A DNA stretch of 63,075 nt, filler included, from Rhabdomonas costata (taxonomy: Eukaryota): the NCBI GenBank assembly GCA_019059605.1. It is 50 parts of 50 records of this genome, joined end to end, with 100 filler letters (N's around TTAATTAATTAA, not from the genome) between each part and the next. Parts side by side here need not be neighbours in the genome. Positions count along the whole stretch, not along the records: positions 35,387 to 36,550 come from JAHMHO010025516.1; positions 36,651 to 37,814 come from JAHMHO010025517.1; positions 37,915 to 39,078 come from JAHMHO010025518.1; positions 39,179 to 40,340 come from JAHMHO010025519.1; positions 40,441 to 41,603 come from JAHMHO010025520.1; positions 41,704 to 42,866 come from JAHMHO010025521.1; positions 42,967 to 44,129 come from JAHMHO010025522.1; positions 44,230 to 45,396 come from JAHMHO010025523.1; 42 more parts are not named here. One strand, given 5' to 3'. Under the pieces are notes generated by a model. That model was not told the origin of the DNA and ran no database searches. It worked only from the letters and a program-made list of their open reading frames with translations. Positions 35,754 to 47,009 of this stretch are shown here, one piece after another. Position numbers and translations under genes: made by a program. Numbering within the stretch: the stretch's first letter is position 1; each line of letters opens with the position of its first letter.

Positions 35754-36550
35754 CTCACCCCACTCTGCCCACAGCGCCACCAGCCGCCGCTGCATCTCCA
35801 TCGCTGCCCCCACGGAGGCCGCCTGGTAGCCCTTCACGGAGCGCGGGGCGTTCCACAGCGCCATGATGCAGTCCCCAATGAACTGCAAAGCGGAAGCCCC
35901 CCTTCGTCACAATATTTGTGAAACCTTGTACAGATATTGAACTACACCGAAACCCAAACACGGCCATGGCAGAGAGAACGAGACAATCATCGACGTGTGC
36001 CGAGGGTGTGGGTACTGCACTGCAATCTAAAAAAAATGACGGCGGAAAGCCTCCGCTCCTTGAAAAAATGCTTCATATTGGCCACAAACCTTGTCCAGGG
36101 TGCCGTTTGTGTGCACGATCGCATCGCACATGGCCTGGAGGTACCTAAAAACAAAAGGCGGAAAGAGGAGCAAAGGAAACTGGCACAAAATCGATGAAGG
36201 GCTTTCTAACCATTGAAGGTGCAAAAATGTCGAAAGAAGGTTCCCCACTGTAACGCCCAAAATTGATACACTTCAAACTACTTGAGACGTATCGCGGAAT
36301 AATGAAGAGGAAGGGAAAGGGAGAAAGGAAGGGCATAGAATCTAATTCCCAGAGAACAGTATCTCCGGCAGCGCAAAATAATAAAATCACAAAAAGATGG
36401 GGAGGGTACGCAAAGAAGTCCACACTGCGTCATCAGCTGCACAAGTTGCTCCGACAGGATCTGCCCACACAGTGTCGAAAACCCCGCGATGTCCGCGAAC
36501 ATGATGCTGACCACCCTGCGAACCATCACGCTGTCCAATTCCAACAAACC
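35754..36550 (-). CDS. Class III adenylate cyclase catalytic domain; exons >36550-36426, 36144-36090, 35882-35754
   Basis: Spliced translation VSIMFADIAGFSTLC...LMTQ|YLQAMCDAIVHTNGTLDK|FIGDCIMALWNAPRSVKGYQAASVGAAMEMQ contains both metal-binding Asp and the ATP-specifying Lys. Confidence 0.95.
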
Positions 36551-36853
36551 NNNNNNNNNNNNNNNNNNNNNNNNNNNNNNNNNNNNNNNNNNNNTTAATT
36601 AATTAANNNNNNNNNNNNNNNNNNNNNNNNNNNNNNNNNNNNNNNNNNNNACCATGCGGAAACCAGTGACAGTCCGACCGGAAAGAAGCCATCAAGTGTT
36701 TCAAGGGTTCAAGGTGGTAGAGGGCAGGGAAGCAAAATCATCACGACGTCCTATCATCACAATAACCACCTATTCTCGGTTGTGAAAGCAACAAAAACCG
36801 ACAAAAGGAGGAAAGGAGGGGAGAGTCTGTGTGTGTGTGTGGGGGGGACGGAC

Positions 36854-37752
36854 CTTGATGGTGAGGTCCGCCCCGGCCTTGACCAGCGCCTCCGTGCACT
36901 TCGGCATTTTCAGCAGGGCTGTGTGGTGGGCAAGGGTGTATCCCTTCTCCGGATTGATGATAGTGTTCACCTCCATCGCCTTCGAGGTGAGAGTGGGCAT
37001 AAGCAGCATCGTGGCCGAGCCGTCGTCCTTGCTGTCCAGGAGGGCCACCTCCAGGGGCACCTTCTCGGCTTTATCCTGAAACAAACAATCGTGGTACTGG
37101 GGCCGCCGCCACTTAGCTTCGTGTGGATCTCACTCACGTGTGGATCTGCGGCTTCCCTGCACATGATCATCGTCATCATTTTCTGGAGCTTATCGTGCCT
37201 TTCGCACTTTTTTGGGGGCAGAGGAAATCTATGCTCGTCGTTACTCAAAATGCAAAAGCGAAGTTGAGCTGGTGCTCTGCCTGCGCTGTGTTCCGCAGAA
37301 ATGCCCCAGGGGGGCACTGCTGCAAAGGAAGGGGAGGGGTTGGTCAACCCATCCCCACCACCACCCCAAATGGGCCTAATTAACTCAGCTGGTGGAAGCT
37401 GACCGAGTCTTTTGGTCCAACGACCCCGCCCAAGAAGGGCAAGGGCAGGGGCTTGCACAGGAACGGAAGCGCCCCGAGCATCCTCTGTGCGTGTAATGTG
37501 CGCGGGTGTGCTGGGGAGAGGGGAGAGGACCTTGAGGCTGACATCCGCTCCGGCCTTGATCAGCGCTTCAGTAGTCTGCGGCATCTTCAGCTGCGCTGTC
37601 AGGTGGGCAAGGGTGGAGCCCTTCTCAGGATCGATGATGGAGTTCACCTCTATTGCCTTCGAGGAGAGCGTGGGTCCCACCAGAACAACGGCGGCCCCGT
37701 CGTTGCGGCTCTCCCGGATGGCCACCTCCAGGGGCACTCGCCCAGCTTTGTT
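36854..37752 (-). CDS. Ankyrin-repeat protein; two paralogous 222-nt exons (37752-37531 and 37075-36854)
   Basis: Each exon encodes 74 aa ending G.TLAH.TA.LKMP..TEAL.KAGAD...K; both are phase 0/0 with AG and GT boundaries. Confidence 0.9.
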
Positions 37753-37955
37753 CTGTGCAGCACGGCAGGGCAAAAAGTCGGAAAGAGGGAAGTGAGGAGG
37801 AGGGAGGGGGATGANNNNNNNNNNNNNNNNNNNNNNNNNNNNNNNNNNNNNNNNNNNNTTAATTAATTAANNNNNNNNNNNNNNNNNNNNNNNNNNNNNN
37901 NNNNNNNNNNNNNNTCAACAAGACCGATTCTATTCAATTCCAGTGAAGAAATGCA

Positions 37956-38546
37956 GAGTCGGTGAAGAAGCTCCGCACCATGGGCTCCATTTCGGAGTGA
38001 GTAGGCTGGCGGCGGAGGATCTCCTCGACCAGGCGGGACAGCAGCACGCTGACCTCTGACCATACCCAAACGCCCTGGCACCATTTTGCACCCATTTCGC
38101 ACTCAATGCTCTCTTTGAGCTCGGACTTCTTTTTCACAGACTCTGCATTTCTTCACTGGAATTGAATAGAATCGGTCTTGTTGACCAAACTACAGCACAC
38201 TAAGACACATATGAAAGACAGCGCCTCAATACAATTGCCAAAAGGCCTCGCTGGCATTCGCTTGACTGTCCGCAAAGCCGCGGAGCTGAGAGCACTGACA
38301 GAACGGAACGCAAAAGGGTTGTGGTTAAGCAAGTTAACAATAAAAATCTATCGAGCATCGAGGACACCAACCGAAAACGTCCAGGACTCACCCCAACATA
38401 ACCTTTAAACAAAAAACTCCAAAACTCCGGTAGGGTTGCAAACGATGAAAGGCAGGGTTAGGGTTAGGCGACACCATACCTGGGTGAGAGCGAAGGTAAA
38501 GTTCATTATTGATCTTGAGGTCCACCTTGAGCTTGTTCAGCTCTCG
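37956..38546 (-). CDS. RIIAD1: RIIa-domain-containing protein 1 (RIIAD1)-like; exons 38546-38480 and 38055-~37956
   Basis: Spliced translation RELNKLKVDLKINNELYLRSHP|EVSVLLSRLVEEILRRQPTHSEMEPMVRSFFTD parallels the RIIAD1 pattern L...KI..RI.NE.YLR.H.EV..L......I....P.........FTD; phase-1 GT-AG intron. Confidence 0.8.
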
Positions 38547-40079
38547 CTGAGGAGTGAGGGAGTGCTCCCCTCAAAAGCGCATTACTTCCTTCTTCCCCTT
38601 CCGTCCTTCTAAACTCTGTTGTGCTCGTGCAGAATGCGAAAAGATGCAGCTTTTTGGCCCGCACTCATGTGGCAAATGCACCTCTAATTCTGAACCTTCT
38701 CAATCTTCTTAAAGCTTATATAATTAGAGCAATTAGAACAGTGAAGAAAAGAAAAAAGAATGATGCGACCAGCGCACAATATGTGAATACAAAAACAAAT
38801 CATTGTTGGCTCTGTTAATTCAGCTGGCTCTCAGCTGGGTTTCACCCCGTTATGTTCGCACGTTCCCCAGATGCAGTGTCATTATTGTCCTGATCATCCA
38901 TCGATCCATCGTAAACGCATGCGACGCAGCGCACAGCATCGCGCACCTGCTCCTCAGTTGTCAGCACACTCATTATTGGAATTTGCTTCCAAACTTTCGT
39001 CTGAGTGATGTTCGCCTCGATCACAGTGCAGCAGTAAAACACGCAGAATAAGCACAACAAAGCCACAACAACACCCACNNNNNNNNNNNNNNNNNNNNNN
39101 NNNNNNNNNNNNNNNNNNNNNNTTAATTAATTAANNNNNNNNNNNNNNNNNNNNNNNNNNNNNNNNNNNNNNNNNNNNGGGGGTGGAATTTGTACCTTTA
39201 TCCTTAGTGTTACCCTTAGGCATCAATGTCACTCCATCACTCTACTCCATCTACTCTGTCACGATTTGGTGGTGGCTACGATTGAGGGTATGGCATAGCG
39301 TCACTGCTAGAGTCTATGCTACTATGCATACCGTACCACCATAACCATCACTACCACTGGTTGGCAACAGCCATAACAGGGTTATGGTGACAATGCTTGA
39401 GCGTAGACTTTATGCTGAGGTTGTAATGCGTAGGGTATTGCTACACTACGGTGTGCATAGCGCCATAACCGGTCACCATGTCACCTCAACCACTGCCATG
39501 GAGTGCGTGATTTTGGTACGTTACATTGCTGCTGATACGCTACCGTTAACCACTAACCTCAATAACTTCCCTAGTGGGTTGAGTGGGTTTATTGTCCACT
39601 ATGATTGGATTCGCAGACATTCCACACGTTGATCTTGGGTCTTCTACACAGCACATGGTTCATGTCCACTAGAAGAGGTCATATCACCGTGTCCAACCTG
39701 TGGAGTTATGACATGACTCGCCTCTACCCACTACTAACGTACAACCTCAGGTGTTGAGTTGCGCGCTACGTTGCATAGGCTCCCCTTCGTACCGTCATCA
39801 GGTGTTTGGTGTTAGCGATATCAGTGAGAGAAACGATGCCAACAAAGGCGTTGAACTTCAGGGTGACAAATCCTTACTACTCAGGAAACTGGGAGCTATC
39901 TTCGATTTGTTGTTGAGAACGGAAGTAGCGAGTGGGAAGATTGTGGCGTAGCCGTATCTCAGCCTTGTTGTTCTTGATATCTGTGAGATCCCGAGGGACC
40001 TCATGGAACACGAAATTGAAACTAACCTCCGAAAAGGAACCTCTACACAGAAGCACTACACAAGTACATTACCCACCAC

Positions 40080-40340
40080 AGAAACGCACCATCCGAAACC
40101 TAACCGTGGCCCAGAACTCCGAAACCCGAACATGCTCAACTCGCAGAAACTAACACAAGCACTCAATACCCACAGCGTAAACCCCTACACAGAACCACAA
40201 CCCCGAAAGCGAAACCCAAACCCCGAATGCCGACACCGAATCAAGAACCCCTATACCTAAGACCAATAATAGGACCGATTACACAACCAACCCAGAACTT
40301 AGAACTCAAACCCCAAACATTGAAACCCGAAACCCAAATC
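40080..40340 (-). repeat. Degenerate (CCCTAA/AAACCC)-like hexamer satellite
   Basis: C/A-rich tract with recurring AAACCC/AACCCC/CCGAAA words, resembling the reverse complement of 51930-52960. Confidence 0.55.
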
Positions 40341-41283
40341 NNNNNNNNNNNNNNNNNNNNNNNNNNNNNNNNNNNNNNNNNNNNTTAATTAATTAANNNN
40401 NNNNNNNNNNNNNNNNNNNNNNNNNNNNNNNNNNNNNNNNCTGCTCTGCCAAGGGCTCCCGAACCTTCACCTGTGTGTGCAAGTGTAATGGGTGTGGAGA
40501 AGAGCGAAAAGAAGAGAAAAGAAAATGATGGAAGAGACGGAAGGCATGCTGCGGGCACGCGGGCGCGGATGCAGGAACAACGGAAGATTTTTGAGCAAAC
40601 CAAAGCAACAATAAGTTACAGAAAAGCCAGAAGCTGTTTAATATCCGATAAACAACGAGAAAGAAGCGTGCAGAAATGAAACGAAATCACAAGATAGCAA
40701 GATGGGTTTACCAAAAATGGGACAACGGCACCAATTGGAAGGACATGGGTGTGGTAAGGACTATGGGGGAGGGAGAGAGGTGCCGCTCAGCTTTCGGCAG
40801 TGCCAAACGTTTTGCAGTTCTAGACGTTCATGATTTCTTTGGGGTGTTGGAATTGTCGATGCTGGGCTTTTGGCAGACCTAGGGCAGGTTTAGCTGAAGG
40901 GCAGAGGCGACATTCAGGGTTTCACTCACCGGTCAGACGGGGTGAATATTTACTTGCTTTTCAGGGGGGGGGGCGTATGGCCGCTCAGCAGTGCAAAAAC
41001 TGCTTGGGACCCCCAACATCCATGAAAAAAATCACCGTCTCCCGTCATGAAAGTGGAGAGCCGGCTGCCGTCGCCGGGAATGAAGCCCGACCGATAGCAG
41101 GGCATGCCGTAGCCGGATGGACACACACACACACACACACTTCGTTCACTTAGTGATGGCCAGGATGACATGGAGTTTTCGCGTTTTTGTTCCCCATTGG
41201 CTCTTCACCTATCGAGTGGGCCTGGGCCTGTCGGGCCTGACCTCTTTCTCTGTTTGCTCTACGCATTCAATACGCACACACAC

Positions 41284-41460
41284 CGGGGCGGCCTTGCCCT
41301 TGAGATGGATCTGCTTCACTGGCCCGAACTCCGTCTCTGGGCAGGCGTTCGAGGTCTCCTCGTCGACGATGATCTGCGCCGAAAGCCGCGGAGCCGCGGG
41401 GTCAGTGTAGCTCATCAGCCGCGCCGCCATGTTCACCCCATCTCCCAGCACGGTGTACTC
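41284..41460 (-). CDS. Class III cyclase exon, soluble adenylyl cyclase (ADCY10)-like C2 region
   Basis: 177-nt phase-0 exon EYTVLGDGVNMAARLMS...IIVDEETS...IHLKGKAAP with the catalytic N..AAR and KGK motifs. Confidence 0.92.
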
Positions 41461-41923
41461 CTGGAAGCCACAGCGAAAGGGAGGGCGGTCGAAAACAAAT
41501 CGTAGCGTTTGCCTTCTTGAGTACAGAGAGGAGCAAACACGCAACTCTTCAGCCCTTTGTCCCCACCCCACCCCCCTGCTTTTTTCTCCCATCTTAATTA
41601 CTCNNNNNNNNNNNNNNNNNNNNNNNNNNNNNNNNNNNNNNNNNNNNTTAATTAATTAANNNNNNNNNNNNNNNNNNNNNNNNNNNNNNNNNNNNNNNNN
41701 NNNTTGTGGGGGTGAACTCGCAGTTCGTCCCTCCTCCCACCCTCTGCCTGGGGTGGGAGGAGGGACGAACTGCGAGTTCACCCACACGAGGAGCCACGCA
41801 GCAGCGAAAGAGCCGCCGCACGCTGTGGAAGTGCTTGGTTGCGGGTCTGAAGCCCCGTCCCTTTCCGAGCACTGACCATGTGCAGTGCTATATTTCCCTG
41901 CTTTGGTTTTAACAATCCTTCAG

Positions 41924-42341
41924 GCCATTATGGTCGGCATGGTTGGCGCTCTTTCCGCGTTCTACAGCGCCGGGTTGGACATCGGGGACAAGAAGCACCG
42001 GTGCGTGCTTTGCTTCCTGTGTCTTCCGTGTGTTTCCCGTTTCAAACGCACCATGCGAACGTTTGGTTTTGTGAACCGTCAGAAAATCTCTGCGAAGTGA
42101 ATCCATTCACGCTTGCTGTCCTATCACGCACTCGTTCTCGCTGTCACAGCTACACGGTTGCCCAGCGGCTCATCGCGAAGATGCCCACCATCGCCGCGAT
42201 GGCGTACAAGTACGCCCAGGGCGAGCCCTTCGTGTACCCCCGCAATGACCTTGGTTTCGCGGAGAACTTCATTCACATGATGTTCTCCACGCCTTGTGCC
42301 CCGTACAAGGTCAACCCCGTGGTGGTCCGAGCATATGACAA
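41924..42341 (+). CDS. gltA: Citrate synthase of the proteobacterial GltA (hexameric, type II) kind; exons 41924-42000 and 42150-42341
   Basis: Spliced translation [90 protein letters not shown]; phase-2 GT-AG intron 42001-42149, plus an AG before and a GT after. Confidence 0.95.
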
Positions 42342-44229
42342 GTATCCCATTTTCCCACCCACCTCATCCTAGAACCTGTTTTTTTTTGTGTGGCTCGTGC
42401 CCGCCTCCTCCAAACTCTATCCTGCTCCCCTTCGCCCAACTGCTGCATGTGACAGTTTCTGGTTGGGAATTCGTCCTTCTTTGCAAACAAAGAGTCTTTC
42501 TTTGTAAACGGGTTCCCCAGCTGGAGGCCCGGGTGGGTTATTGTTGGTTTTTTGACACTGGGACAAAATTGACCACTTGGGGCGTTGTTCAGCAACCCCA
42601 CAAGCGGCCCAAAGGGCTTTTATGGAGCAAAGGGGGCCAAAATCAAGGCAAAAACGTGGTGTCCTTCGGAAACTTTCGTTTCCCGGGGTCCAGGAGAAGG
42701 CAACGGGAAGAAAGGTACACAACTGCTTTCATTTTCACAACCAAAAAACGAACTCACTAAAAAGTGTGTAAGGGAGAAGAACGCTGCCAGAATCGAGGGA
42801 AGACGGCCCAGTGGCGGAAGGGTTTAGTGAGAGCTGAGAGGTCGCAGGAACGCAACAACACGAGAANNNNNNNNNNNNNNNNNNNNNNNNNNNNNNNNNN
42901 NNNNNNNNNNTTAATTAATTAANNNNNNNNNNNNNNNNNNNNNNNNNNNNNNNNNNNNNNNNNNNNGGTGTTGGGGGAGAAACGGTGCGGGTACTCACTG
43001 GAAGCTGGTGGAAGCTGGTGGAAGCTGAGTAGCGCGAACAGCGAAGCACGTGTTTGATGAAGGTATTCCTCTGGTTTTCTGGATGGCTTATCCCACTGTG
43101 CCATCCAGGTTTAGAAAAACTAGTTGCTTGCCACAGCTCTTTTTCCCCAAGAATGGGTTGCTTAACCGTGAGTTGTCAAAGTGGGTTTGTGGATGCCGTG
43201 GTAAAATTACGTGTGGCCCACCCCGCTACCGCCCCAACTCCCATCCGTGTCCTGTGGGCAGGAGCTTCCGGCCGAGGACCGCGGCGTCCCCGCTTCTGTG
43301 GTGCCGAAGCTGACTCTTCAGCAGCAGCAAGAACAGGTCCGCTGTACACCTTTCCTGCGGCCAATTTTAACTGAAAGCGAGTTGAACGATTGGAACCGTC
43401 CTTCCTCTAATGTATTTTTTGATTTGAAGAAACTCCTGGAAAAGCGGATGTCCTGACCCATTGCTTTGGTGAGTGAGCGGCTATATCTTATTGTTTTGGT
43501 CTTCGGTGGCCAGAGCAGCATCGTGGTTGCTGTTATACTTATCTTCTGCTTTTTGTTCCGTTGGGAAGGGCTTTGAATGAGGCTGCACATTCTCGAGCCA
43601 CTCAAGTGTTTTCTTGCTTTGTCTTTTTTTACCCGCAGAACGCACGGCTTTGCGACGCCGCGCAAAAGAGCCATGAGGCCGCTCTCCAAGCGGTGCGGCG
43701 GCGGTACCTACCCGAGCTTCCCACCAGCAGCCCAAGGTGGGCCCATGTCCCCACTTTTTAGAGTGGTGGTGTATGTTCACCGTCTCTCGGCTTTGAAGTC
43801 GAGTCACCACAAAAGCGCTGACATGGGTGCGGTCAATTCTTTTTCTTTTTGCCAGATATCTGTTCCCTTATGAGAGTGGCCTTTGTGAACATGCGGTTAA
43901 CGTCGTGAAGTCATCCATATGAATGATATGAAAACTTACCAATGTCCCTTTCCCCATTACTGCTGCATATGTGTAAATTCCGAACACTGCTGTCCTTTAT
44001 ATTTGCTGTGGATACGAAATCGGTGCAGCTGGAGATGGCAGTGGTACGAGCATCCCAGCGTGTTGGGGGCCTGTTGGGCACAGGAGAAGGCTCCAAGCTG
44101 ATGTGCACCGCTTTCGTACCCACACACCCNNNNNNNNNNNNNNNNNNNNNNNNNNNNNNNNNNNNNNNNNNNNTTAATTAATTAANNNNNNNNNNNNNNN
44201 NNNNNNNNNNNNNNNNNNNNNNNNNNNNN

Positions 44230-45396
44230 GACGGTTTTCCATTCGAAGTCTTTTTAGCCTATATACATGCCGCTGTCCGGGGACGTGGCATGTGGTGAAC
44301 CCGAAATGTTTTCTGGGGCGCGAGCTGAAAAATCGGTGAGATATGGAGAACTGCTAAGTGAATAATGCGCCGAAGGCGCGACTTTTGGGGGGTTGATTCC
44401 GCGTTTGTGCTGGATTTTGAAGCGAATTGTGAAGCTCTGTTGAAGGATACTTGAGGAGTGGGGTGTATAGAGTTCGTGTTTGAATCTGGGGGCAGCTTGT
44501 GGTGGAGTTCTGAGTTTACGGTGTAACGTACTTTGCGATGGTATGTGACGGATTTGGCCATGTAGCGAAAGTTTAGCTCCAGAAGCCCAAAAGTGCGTGC
44601 TTACAGGCGTTACTGGTAAAAAATCGGTGAGATATGGAGAACTGCTAAGTGAATAATGCGCCGAAGGCGCGGCTTTTGGGGGGTTGATTCCGCGTTTGTG
44701 CTGGATTTTGAAGCGAATTGTGAAGCTCTGTGGAAGGATACTTGAGGAGTGGGGTGTATAGAGTTCGTGTTTGAATCTGGGGGCAGCTTGTGGTGGAGCT
44801 CTGAGTTTACGGTGTAACGTACTTTGCGATGGTATGTGACGGATTTGGCCATGTAGCGAAAGTTTAGCTCCAGAAGCCCAAAAGTGCGTGTTTACAGGCG
44901 TTACTGGTAAAAAAGCCATATACCAGCGGCCCAAAAATGTTGGGCACCACACCAGCGATGGAGCATTGCTATGCGCTGCATTTGCACCGTTATTGGTGCG
45001 CTTTCGTTTTCAACCAAAACCATCACCCATAATGCGAAACGCCTCCGGTTGACAACATTTCTGAAACTCTCACTTTTGAGGTGGCGGGCAAGCACCTGCT
45101 GCCTGGCGCATACCACAACGTGTTTTGCACCTTGGCCCGGGTCACGTCAAAAGTGAGAGTTCGAGCAGAAGCATAATCTAGCCTGTAAAAATTGAAGACT
45201 GCACCTCAAAACCGGGTATTTGAGTGCCTGCAGTAAGGGCGCAAGGGGCGCATGCTTTGTAAAGCTCCCTGGGAACGCCTGCCTGTGAGGCGTACTTTGG
45301 GCTGCTGCCGCACAGCGTTTCATGCAAGGTAAGTAACACCCAAAAACTCAGAAAATGGTATGTGACGGTTTTCCATTCGAAGTCTTTTTAGCCTAT
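44230..45396. repeat. Terminally redundant contig: 1,134-bp circular or tandem unit with an internal 2 x 291-bp direct repeat
   Basis: 44230-44262 is identical to 45364-45396 (33 nt). The 291-bp copies lie at ~44331-44621 and ~44622-44912, with four substitutions seen by eye. Confidence 0.93.
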
Positions 45397-46139
45397 NNNN
45401 NNNNNNNNNNNNNNNNNNNNNNNNNNNNNNNNNNNNNNNNTTAATTAATTAANNNNNNNNNNNNNNNNNNNNNNNNNNNNNNNNNNNNNNNNNNNNACAG
45501 CGAGCTAACGAGCAGATCCCGGCCCAGTGCCTAACACACTCACACTCACACAGCAGAGCAAGGCTTCGGACACGGTGTGGATGGCAGGTGATCACTATCA
45601 GTCCACTGCGCGAATGTGCAGGCAGTCGACATGCCCTTTGGAGAGGGCTCATTTGCGATTTGACAGATCGCGCTTGGGTTGGTTGCGGGAAAGCACACAC
45701 CCCGAGGAGGGCGGCCAGGCCTGTGGCAGGCTGGGCGTCTTCTTTGACCCCTGCACCGGCAGAGGCCACAGCAGGCACCCCCATGGGGAGGGTCAAGGCG
45801 TCTGTTGGGGTGGTCCCCACCAGCAAGGCACGCATCTGCAAGCAAAAACGACGCACCGTGTGGAATGCAAGAGGTGCGAGCGCCACGGCAGCACGAAGAA
45901 TCCCGGCAGCCATCTCCAAAATCCAAACTGTAGATCTGGGTTGGCACTTGATACAAAGGTAATGTCAGTCTCAGCAGAGCAGCACCTCAGAGCTGTGAAA
46001 GGGGAAAAAATACCTAGAGCTTTCTCGTTTTTGGGCCATGAGCAGCAAGCGAAGATGTGGACCGCTGCACAAGAACGCGTTCCCACAACAGAACCACAGC
46101 GGGCAAGGGACCACAGCTCCCTCGATGGGACGGGCTGAC

Positions 46140-46413
46140 CCCTACCCACCCATTCCTTTGTCTCTGCCTCCCTCTCCGCTGGTGTGACCTCTGCTGGCGT
46201 AGAAGTAGTTGTGGTGAACATTCTCAATCCACTCCGCGCAGTCGCTGTCGAAGCAGCAGAGCCAGGGCCGCCACTGCTGCTGAGCAGCTCCACTGTGGTC
46301 ACGCGGGGCAGCCCCCGCAGGGCCGCCGCAACGGCGGGCGGGACCTCCCCCGTGGTGCTCCCGAAGCCTCGCAGCCCCACAGCGGTGAGGTTGGGGCAGC
46401 CCCGAGACAGGGC
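46140..46413 (-). CDS. Exon of a possible LRR (F-box/LRR-like) protein followed by low-complexity sequence
   Basis: gtag acceptor then ALSRGCPNLTAVGLRGFG...LRGLPRVTTVELL; the CPNL..V.L motif is only suggestive. Confidence 0.4.
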
Positions 46414-47009
46414 CTACCACCCAAATCGCAAACAGACGCACTACGCAGAGTGAAGTTTCCAAACCAACCACGTATGCACCGTCGGCCATGCCTTTGGGAG
46501 CTGATATGGCCACAAAAAAGCGCAGCTGAAATACTCGGTGAACTAACACGAGCACCATATGGTCTTTGGAAGAAAGCTCGGTTTCATAGAGTTGCGGGTC
46601 GAAGACGTTCACATATCTATTTCAGATTCCTGAATTCCCCAACCACCTACACAGAGCACNNNNNNNNNNNNNNNNNNNNNNNNNNNNNNNNNNNNNNNNN
46701 NNNTTAATTAATTAANNNNNNNNNNNNNNNNNNNNNNNNNNNNNNNNNNNNNNNNNNNNTGGGGGGGGGGCAAAGCAATCCGACTTGTCAAACAAGCACA
46801 GTGTAAAAACAGCACCCTTGCTGTGAGTCTGGCGGTTGAAGAAAGACAAAAATAAAACGTTAGAGTGAAAAGAAAGGGTAAGAAGCCCTTGTCCCCTTTA
46901 CACCCCTGAGAAGGGCTCACTTCCAATGCCAATGCTGAATGCCAGTGGTCAGGATGTATGCCTGGGCTGGGCGTGCAAGTGAAATCCGGGGGACATTGCA
47001 CAGCGGTAC

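Noticed and set aside
44457-44468. Kinetoplast universal minicircle sequence (GGGGTTGGTGTA)
   Set aside because: The sequence is ...GTGGGGTGTA, only a partial match, and the intron-rich host is not kinetoplastid-like.
44254-44952. 232-aa ORF with a 97-aa tandem repeat
   Set aside because: Explained by a 291-bp (multiple of 3) duplication on a strand-skewed sequence; no recognisable domain, and a second frame is largely open too.
45180-45356. U1 snRNA (ACTTACCT on the minus strand) or spliced-leader RNA (TTTCTGAG core) in the cyclic unit
   Set aside because: Only 8-9-nt matches; no U1-70K or U1A loop motifs, no canonical Sm site and no full leader exon. An Rfam search would settle it.
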